Positions 53,824 through 64,000 of a DNA stretch of 64,000 bases are shown piece after piece (the stretch's first letter is position 1; the number at the start of each line of letters is the position of its first letter). The position numbers and the translations under genes were made by a program. The stretch lies in NCBI GenBank assembly GCA_951406725.2, contig OX597828.1, forward strand, positions 57,226,001-57,290,000, in the 5' to 3' direction. This DNA comes from Octopus vulgaris. Taxonomy: Eukaryota. The notes beneath the pieces were generated by a model. It saw nothing but the letters and a program-made list of their open reading frames with translations. It did no database searches and had not been told where the DNA came from.

Positions 53824-54820
53824 TTATACGATGGGCTTCTTTCAGTTTCCGTCTACCAAATCCACTCACAAGGCTTTGGTCGGCCCGAGGCCATAGTAGA
53901 AGACACTTGCCCAAGGTACCACGCAGTGGGACTGAACCCGGAACCATGTGGTTGTTAAGCAAGCTAGTTACCACACAGCCACTCTGCACTTATATATATT
54001 ATTTTTTCTTGAGGAATCTGGTGATTTCGTTTTCGCAATATATGGTAGTTGAAATTTTTTTTGTTTTCCGAATGTTAAAGAAAATTTTAATAAGCTAAAA
54101 GGATTCCGTTCTTGTCTATTTCTGTCTAACACGCGAGATGGAGATATTATTTCGACTCAGCTGCAAATAGCGAAAATCAACGCAGATATGTAGCCCTGCT
54201 TCGTTAATCACGATCAGGGATTCATTAATTGCACCTCCAATATCACAATATAGAGAGATATAAGATTATTAATAAAATTTATTTAATAGCCTCACTATAT
54301 TGGAAATAATAAATCACTTCTATTTCATTCATCCCTATTTTTCTCCTTAATTCTGAGAGAAGCGATCGTAAGTGAATACAGTGAAACAAGTAAGTTCGTA
54401 TACAGATAACATTAAAATTCGAAATCTAACTGACTTCTTACATTTCTTTTCCATTAAATATATGTTTCCACATCTTTAAGATTTATTCCTATTCATCTAA
54501 TGCACTATATTTCTCAACTCTTGGTTTACTGCTATTTTCCCTCTTTCTCCTCCTCCATCACTTTCTTTAAATTGCATTTGACGTTAAATCCATTAACGGT
54601 TAAAAAAAATGACTTGCCATAATTTCATCATATACGCGGTCATCACATTCAGTTAAAATGACTTAATGATGTTGTTTCTGTTTATTTCTCAGATGAGAAG
54701 GTCGTATTGTTTTACATCGTTTTATTCCCTCTGCAATAATACAAATGTTTTCATCGAAACATATGTCGGAAGTATTTATATTTGAATTACACCTGCGTTT
54801 AACTACATTTCTTTATTTAT

Positions 54821-54875
<55 letters not shown>

Positions 54876-54946
54876 CACACACACACACACGCACATATAT
54901 ATATATATATACACACACATATATATATACATATATATATACATAC

Positions 54947-54982
<36 letters not shown>

Positions 54983-56837
54983 CTGTGTGTGATGATAGAC
55001 GATAGAAAGGCGAACTGGAAAAACAATTAGAGAGGCAGTAAAAAAGGACAGGTCATTCGTGGCCTTCGTTCGTCAGTCAAATTACCAGATGTCCTTTCAG
55101 TTTCGGTTAGTTACATTCGAGACTGCTCAATCTGGTTGCCCCCCCCCCCTCGCCCCAAAGTCTAAGCTAAGAGTATTACCGTTTTTGTAAGAAAGCTAGC
55201 GAAGGTGTGCGACACCGATGATGCTTGACGCATAGGTCGTGTTTGACGGTGGTCAGTTTATAGGGCCGTGAGCGCTATATTATAGTTCGGAGCACGTGTT
55301 ATACCAGATCTCAACACAGTTGTATTGTAATGCAGCCTATGTATATGTAGAGAATAACTGGAGGCACATGGCCTAGTGGTTAGAGAAGCGACTCGCGGTC
55401 GAGGGATCGCAGGTTCGAATCTCAGACCGGGTGATGTTTATGTTTATGAGAGAAACACCTAATCTCCACGCGGCTCCGGCAGAAGGTAATGGCGAACTTC
55501 TGCTGACTCTTTCGCCACAACTTTCTCTCACTCTTTCCTCCTGCATCTTGCAGCTCACCTGCGACGGACCGGCATCCCGTCCAGGTGGGGAACTTGTACG
55601 CCAAGGAAACCGGGAAACCGGCCCTTATGAGCCAGGCATGGCTCGAAAGGAGCAAACAAACAACATGTAGAGAATGCGCTTTTTCTAGAAGAGCTACACA
55701 GTGGGTATAAGGCTACGGCTACGGCAGCTCTACCTGAATATTGCTCATATGTAGGATATATGATATATTGTGGTATTTATTTCGAGTATTGCTCGAATTT
55801 TGTAGGAAGCAGTTTGTTAAAAGAAAGGTGTGTTGTTGACCCAAAGATGGATGCTCTCAACCACTCCGTTCATGGCATCATTATAGATTTGGTACCTAGA
55901 TCGCTTGACAAATGTTACAGAAGAATGAAGCGTTTTAACATTCGCGTAAGTGTGGGCATTATTTGATATGGCAGTAGATAGATCATTGGTATATAGAAGA
56001 GTCAGGCAGACAGACAGACTGAGGAGATAGAACTGAGAGAGAGAGTGAAAGATTCAGAGGAGACAGAACTGAGTGAGAGAAAGAGAAGAGACGAAACTGA
56101 GAGATAGGAGACAAGACTGAGAGAGAGAGTGAGAGGTTGGAGCAGATAGTCGGAAGGTTATGAGAACAATTTCACATGCTCGACACGATGCAAAGATTTG
56201 CTGCTTAATCTGAAATATGTGTAGCATGAACACGAATATACTTCTGGTACGACATACGAAGCCGATGCAAACTTTAATAAATACTAGATAAAAGAATAAG
56301 AAATTTTCAAATTCATGTACCAAATTCATTTATCAGCAATGGCATTATTATTTAATTATAAATCATGATCCACGACGGCAAAATTCACCTCGCTCATAAT
56401 CTCTTAAGTCATCGTTATCATGATATCTCTTCCGTTGTCTCATTCATTATGAAACACATCGTCAGTAATATCAAGCGTTTATAAAAGTTCAGAAAGACAA
56501 TTTCTTAGTTAGTGAATTTGTCCATTTTATTCACAATATAATGAAAATACATTGTACAAAACTTCAATAAGTACATTGTGTATTGCACATAATTATGAAT
56601 TTATATGTAATTACATGAAAACATGCAGAAGTGTTGTCAAAACGTACAATCAAAAGGGACTTGAAAATTTCACAATATAATATTGGCTTGCAGAAAAATA
56701 TAATTACAGCGTGAGGTGATTCTATATGTATATTATGATTTAGAGGAGATGTGCAACTTCAGATATTTCATTAGAAAATCTCTATTTTTCATTTCTCAAA
56801 GGCTTTAAACATACGATCTCCCACCAAAATACAAACG

Positions 56838-56877
<40 letters not shown>

Positions 56878-57000
56878 AGAAATAATTGAGATTCAGTTGA
56901 ATTAGGTACTTATGTTGAAGCAAACAAGTCAGTCCGGTATTATCCGCACAGTTCGAAGTAAAGTGGTTGCAATCAAAATAAATTTTATTTCTTTATTTGA

Positions 57001-57084
57001 GCAGCTGAAGATGGCGCAGCATTTTAATTGATGTAATGGTTGCATTGTTCAATGAAAGGGAGTCGCTGGAAACAGTCGTACTGC
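57001..57084 (+). ncRNA. Type I hammerhead ribozyme with canonical core and long loop II, in a (TA)n-flanked element (~56875-57130)
   Basis: GCAG CTGAAGA TGGCG...CGCTG GAAA C-AGTC-GTA^ CTGC. Confidence 0.6.
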
Positions 57085-57160
57085 ATCATTACTTGATACC
57101 CTGTTCCTTATTTTGATTGTTCATATGTGTTAGTGTTTGTGTGTGTATGTATGTGTGTAA

Positions 57161-57210
<50 letters not shown>

Positions 57211-57433
57211 CCATGTCCATAAAATGTCATATTAAATGTTCCTATATGATACAGTAGGAAAGCAACCGTGAGTCAATGAAAGTTACTAGAGCATAGCCTC
57301 CAAATTAATGTAACAGATTTAAAGAAACAAAAATATCCCTTTCTATATCTTTACACTTGTATGCAGATATTCATGTTCATATAAGTTCAAACATGTAACC
57401 TTACGATGAGCTATATTAATAATAATAATAATG

Positions 57434-57466
<33 letters not shown>

Positions 57467-57546
57467 GGTGATGGTGATAATGATAAAAACAAAAATAACA
57501 ATAAGATACTGTTGTGACTACACATAAAACAATATCATTGATGATG

Positions 57547-57637
<91 letters not shown>

Positions 57638-57879
57638 TAATAACTGACAGAATCTTTTTTTCCGTATTTTACTCTCATGTTTTCGAACTAATACAGGCAG
57701 AGTGAACCTTTTATAAGTTTTTTAAAAAAATGTTCAGAGATAAAACTATCAACAAAAAAAACAGACGAATACAGATCTGCTAGACTTAAGAAGCTGCACT
57801 ACGAGCAATGTTTACGTACAGAGAACCCTAAACTGACAGATCCATCTCCTAATGTATGAGTCGAAGCTCGTCATGCTTC

Positions 57880-58295
57880 AATGTCAACAAAACAAACTAC
57901 AAACAGCAATGGTCATCGCGCGCATTACAAAAGACCACGTACCCGAAAATTTAATCAAATTCTGATTGAAAAATCAGCTACTGGATCAAATCTTCCCAAC
58001 ACACAGGAGCTGGACGTACCCCACAGCCGGAATATTCCAACAGATGGCCATCCATGCCCGTCACCAAATAATCAAAAGAAAAAGAAAGAAAAATAGTCTA
58101 GGGAAGATAATAAAGAAGTTATTGTGGCCTTCTACCATGCCATATGAGGAATGGATGTTAAAACTTGTCTCAAAACATGAAAACAAGAAAGCATCATACT
58201 CAGTAACAAAACAGGCAAAGGAATATCTAAGTGAATTCCGAATACAACAAACTTCGGAATTAGAGATAGACATACAAGAAACAAACGCTGGATGA
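57880..58295 (+). mobile_element. R4/Dong-like fragment
   Basis: EEWMLKLVSKHENKKASYSVTKQAKEYL resembles the post-RT region of this group. Confidence 0.45.
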
Positions 58296-58880
58296 CACCA
58301 GGTACCCCAAACTCTGCCAGTGCTCTAGCAAAATCTTCAGGAGATTAATCCACAATATACCCATTAATCCAAAATCTGAAATATATATAAATATATATAT
58401 GTGTATATTGACAGGGCAAGACTGCTAGGTAGTCGGCCGTATGCTAGAAATAGATCATCAACGATCAAACTACAAAGAAAGTTCTCTAGAGTAAATATTC
58501 AGCGAACACCAGAACCAAATTTGGCGGACAGGACAGATGAAAATTTATATAAAAAACAGAATTAATTGCATAACTCGGTTTCGGCCTTTAACAAAAGAAA
58601 TTACTTACATAATTCAAATGTCCGTGGCCTCATCAGTACAATCGTTCAGTGTAAATGCCATCCGGAAGAAACTAACCCCAGCTTTCTGTGCCAAAACAGA
58701 CACGTGTTTAGTTTTACCGATTACATTAGGGATAAAATTTCAAATGCCTTAGTTCCGGCGCGCTAAAAAATTCCTGAAGCGAAGAAATGCAGTAAATAAT
58801 TCACTGCGGTTAGTGCTTGCTACTAGAGAACGTATTTATTTCAATTAATAAAAAGTAAAAAAAAAAAGAATTATATATTG

Positions 58881-60061
58881 CTAATCCGGTTCAAGTGGAT
58901 ATGTAAACAACATTGACAGAAAATATACTGAAATTAATACCCCCGTAAGAATGCGAATTTTTAGAAATATCACATCAAGTTGAACGCAATTAAAAATGTC
59001 CTTACTCCATTTTCTTACTTGAACAGTTTTCGACCTTATTTACCTTTTCGGATCGGGATGTGGAAGGTATTGAAATATTCGTAGTTTTCTAAATTTGATA
59101 ATATTTTTATATGATGGATTCGATTTTTCTGCATCAGATGTTTGATTTAGATACAACCTACTGACAACTACTGAATCAAATGTGCTCATTCCACTCAGCA
59201 GTGATACTAATAATATATAGTACATAAAATGTGAAAGATATTTTGAATTTTTTTGTGAAAGATATTTTGAATTTTTTGGTGTATTCTTACCGATTTGCAC
59301 ATCGTACACGACATTTGATAAAAAAAAAATATCGTGGTATCCAGAGAAAGTTTCTCACCTGATTTAGGTGGCAGAAGGAGAAAAAATAGATAAAACAGTC
59401 AACATTACAGTCTGAATTATCATAGCTACAATACCAAAATTGAATAAGTAAATCGAAGCATATGCGTAACTGAGAGAGAATTTCAGACCCTTCATTTCTC
59501 CACGGATCTGAACATCCCATTCATAGTTTTGTATATTGTTTAAATCATTATGTTTAAATACTTTTTTCTTGAATGGATTGGCTTCAGCAAAGCCGTACAC
59601 ATGGATAAAAGTAAGCATTGACTTCACAAAATGTAAGTAATAATTTCTAAGACCACATTTCCACAGATCCATTACTATAAAGAATTAGTTCGCGTAAACA
59701 CTCTTTCTCTTCTGAATCCTTCAATGCATTACAAATTGCTAAATTTGGTATCCAAAGCTGATCTTTTGACACATTAAACACTGGTAATTATATAGAGCAA
59801 TCATTTCCATGTTAGATTTTCGTCGACCCATCGTTGCTCTAAAATGTAGCGATCCTTAAGTACGTTATTTCAAAAATCCAATTCATGAAGTCTCTCAAAC
59901 TGTAAGACAACATATATCTCAACAGCTGTAATTAGATTAATGACATGTCATATATATTTGCTATATTTAGATAATAATCCTTCAACCTTATAGCTAGCGC
60001 TGTAACGTAATGTCGGTAGAATCTGAGTAAAAATGGAACCAAAATATTATATCAGTATCAT
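58881..60061 (-). pseudogene. Chemotactile receptor pseudogene
   Basis: Pieces LLSKYSKYI*HVINL, RWVDENLTW, KDQLWIPNLAICNALKDSEEKE, FCEVNAYFYP, NYEWDV, IVAMIIQTVMLTVLSIF, SGEK-like, VQIGKNTPKNSKY and FDVIFLKI. Multiple stops and frameshifts. Confidence 0.9.
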
Positions 60062-61459
60062 GATTCGGAATAATTAGAAAGGTTGAATCTCAGTTCTGCT
60101 AATTTGCTTTATCAGATTATTTAAGATTTGTAATTCGTTTTAGTCAGTTGCTATTTATATTAAGTGCATTCATGTTATAGTTGATAAAATGAAATATTAT
60201 AAACAGATTCCTAATATATACAATCTTTTCTATATTAGGAATCTGTTAGCACGCCAGGTGAAATGCTTAGCTGCCGCAACGTTCTGAGTTCAAATTCCAC
60301 CGAGGTCGATTTTGCCTTTCATCCTTTCGGGGTCGATTAAATAAGTACCAGTTACGCACTGGGGTCGATATAATCGACTTAATCTGTTTGTCTGTTCTTG
60401 TTTGTCCCCTCTGTGTGTATCCCATTGTGGGTAGTAAAGAAATAGGTATTTCGTCAGCCGCTACGTTCTGAGTTCAAATTCCGCCGAGGACAACGTTTCT
60501 TTTCATTCTTTCGGGGTGGATAAATTAAGTATCAGTTGCGTACTGGGGTCGATCAAATCGACTGGCTCATCCGCCAAAATTTCGAGCATTGTGCCTTGAG
60601 TACAAAACAATATAGAGAATATTTTCTTTTTCCATGCTGCATGGCTTTTTACGTGAAGAATAAAACCACTATCTATTAAACATTGTTTTGCGTAGGAATT
60701 TTGGAAAATTTCAGAGAAATCGAGCATGAAATATTATTCTGATTCAACTATTAGTGTAATATCTGAAAATAATTTACCACTGTAGTGGAAGCATACGTCT
60801 AGTCACTGTAGGTTTATAAATATCCCATTCAATATAGTCGCAATTCTGTTGAACAATATCATCTAAAATTGATTTTTTACAAAATATGTTTCTAAATATA
60901 AACGTAAAATATTTGTGCGATTATATTATGTTCCTTTTTGATGCTTTAATTCGTAAAGCATATAGGCGCCTTTGATGTAAAGGGATGAAACAGGAACCTG
61001 AAATGAAAAATGAAAAATAAGTAAGTTATTCTTTATGTCATTTTATAAACTCAAATTTTCGATACAAACAGAAGGGACTCGAAAGAAACATATCAAAAAT
61101 AGTGAAATTATACCAACGACACAAAGAGAAACGTTACTCGCTAGACGAAGGGGCATCACTAACAATATGAATTTTCACTTTGGAATTTATTGATTTATTA
61201 CCAAGAATAAGAAAATATTACCAGAAATAAGAATAAAGGCAAGAATCCGATCTAATTCAGATATATCCGTGACATTGCCGTTCGAAAATATATGCATGTG
61301 CACGAGAGATATGCTGTAGTATGAACCAGATTGTAAATATGATACTCTAGCGGGAAAATTGTGAAAATACCGCAAGACACGATCCAATTAGATTGTTTAA
61401 GCCCTGAGTAGAGAGATAGTATGTATAAAAGATATTACCACAGAAGAGGTAGAGTATTA

Positions 61460-61526
<67 letters not shown>

Positions 61527-61950
61527 TATGGCTGCCCCCTCGTTATCGAGTATGGCCATTGCACGAAGCTTAACTGTTACTGGTGCTGTGATCGAATGTG
61601 ACTTTTTAGCCCAGCTAAAGATCTACAATGTCTTGTAAAGAATTGGCAACTAAAGCCTTTACTGGTTATAGCCGACTGTAGGTGTAATTGGGCTTCATGT
61701 ACCTTTGCATGTCGTTTAAGTCCTCCTGCCGAATTACACTCTCTGCTACATGCCCGACTGATATGATTAGTATGGTGTGTTGCACTACCACCAGTGGCCA
61801 GGTTGTCACTCATCTGTCTCACTTTATTACTATGAAGATGACTCTTGAGTCCAACTTTACTGAAGCAGGGTCTTGCATAGACACTGCAGGTCAGGTCACT
61901 TTCGAGTGCTACTGGTAACATGTAACCCAGTACAACCTGTTGCATGGTCG
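61527..61950 (-). mobile_element. RTE/BovB-like LINE 3' end with degenerate C2H2 fingers
   Basis: RPCFSKVGLKSH, ACSRECNSAGGLKRH and RHCRSLAGLKSHIRSQH, followed by a short 3' UTR next to (TA)n. Confidence 0.6.
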
Positions 61951-62925
61951 GGTCGTCGGCGACGAAACCGGCAAATAAGCGTAATGGAAAACGGAGATAA
62001 ACGCACAAGATGTTATTTAAATGATTTATGGTGATATAAATAATATCTTGTGCGTTTGTCGCCATTTTCCATTACTCTTATATTCTCCAAAATACATCTC
62101 ACTTTTCGGAATTATTGCCCATGCAAATGTCGTTACTAATTTCTCTGGCACTTAAGCGACATTTGGCTACTTTGGTAAGTTTTTCTCTGGATATTTCCTT
62201 GTTAATGATATATATATATATATATATATATATACCTCCTCACCGTTTGATGATGCCAGTTCTTTCAACTAAGGACCTAATTTAGAATAAGTACTCAAAC
62301 CCTTATAATTACCCCACCCCTCTCTGAGAACCTGTAGCTGCCATCTCAACAATGGATTTCTTTGCAACTAGCTTTACTTTCTACATGGTTTAGCTTGTTT
62401 AAATTAACTTAATTTCATTCTGGGCGTAACTTTTAGTCAGCACAGCATATGGGGCTAATTCCAATTAAGTTGTCCCATTAGATTTGATTTACTCATTTAA
62501 GAACGACCCGCCCACGCCGTATAACATAATTTAACAATTTAATAGTAATTGCACGCCTTTTTAGATTGTATTTGTTTGTACTTTGTACTGCAGTAGGCGG
62601 TTTCCTATGAATTATTATTGCCCTTAGGCATATTTTTGAACGAATGGAAGTGTAATGTTGTATTAGGCCCCATGTAGATGCACCCAACCAAGAGTTAGTA
62701 TATCGACAAGGTTAGTAATATTACCAATATAATAATAATAGTAATAATAATAATAATCTTCGCTACATTTGCAGTACCTGTCAGAGGGAGTGTTTGTCCA
62801 GGATAGGACTACACAGCCACAGCAAGAAATGTAACAGGAAATAAAATATAACAGCCGGACTAGACCTAGAAAAAAAAAAAAAATTCGCAACTCCATTGTC
62901 TCCCGAGACAGAAAGGATACCAATA

Positions 62926-63162
<237 letters not shown>

Positions 63163-64000
63163 AATGCATTAAGTATGATTTAGCAAACTGAAGTAGGACC
63201 CTGTATTTGTAAGCATAATAATAATGAGCGAGTGATTCAATTGCCATCTTTTAATTAATTTCGGATTTTATACTTATGCCTTCCCATAGGTCTACTAGGT
63301 TGAATGTATTTAGGAATGTTTAAACAATTATTGTTTGTCTAGAAAACCCATCGCTTGGGACTGAGGTGGCTATTTCAGAAGATAGATTTAGTATTATAAT
63401 TATATAATTGAAGGACAATGCCCTAGTCATTGCCTCTCATTAGCGGCACTCTTCCCTTAACCGTTGTACTTTCTTTTGCACGGTACTTGTGTACATGTTT
63501 GGTTGCTTTAATTATAATGTCCTAAGCGGCCTTTGGCCACTTTTAACACATGCTGCTTCTCCATACTTTTACTTTATATTTACTTGTTTGTTTCCATCTA
63601 CCTCTATAACGGTCTTAATAGCTTGCCCTTTGGTTTTTAAATTTAACCGACCAATTATATTGATGACTGGACTTTGATCAATTACGGACAATTGGTGGAT
63701 GGTCTTTACTATATATCAGTAAACGTATAACTGTGATTAATTTATGGACATGTTATTTGGATAAATATCAATTAGTTCTATTTAAAAATATTAAGTACTA
63801 TTCTTTTTCTAGACCCTTTGGTGTATCTCGAGATACTAAAGCACTTATTTCACTTTTTATTATTTATACAGTCTGTTATTTCTTAAAGAAAGATTAACCC
63901 ATCAATTAATTTTCTAGTTTAGTCATTTATTCAAAGGTGTGATTCATTACACTTTGAAATGTTATTGTTCAAATATATAGATATATTAAGCCTTCTTTTC

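Overview
This is AT-rich, microsatellite- and transposon-dense animal DNA, very probably from an Octopus species; this is inferred from the receptor genes and SINE types. The main genic content is a minus-strand tandem cluster of intronless, atypical nicotinic-receptor-like Cys-loop channels matching the octopus chemotactile receptor (CR) family. There are three intact ORFs (8800-9993, 36355-37557, 40448-41680, the last CRT1-like) and one pseudogene (about 58881-60061). The 36355 paralog carries an unusual charge-reversed pore filter (GEKVS to GKKVF). Between the first two CRs lies what appears to be a badly decayed multi-exon adhesion-GPCR pseudogene. The most striking non-coding feature is a 362-bp tandem array with an internal inversion (46905-48779) inserted in (TA)n. 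Every unit carries a minimal type I hammerhead ribozyme with a covarying U3-A8 core, which makes it retrozyme-like or Penelope pLTR-like. Two other hammerhead-like motif types occur in short elements elsewhere in the window. The rest is tRNA-derived SINEs, decayed R4/Dong-like, CR1/L2, RTE and Penelope retroelements, a mariner, a MITE and local fold-back inversions. Most short ORFs in the track are microsatellite or antisense artefacts. Family assignments are from motif recognition only; no database searches were run.
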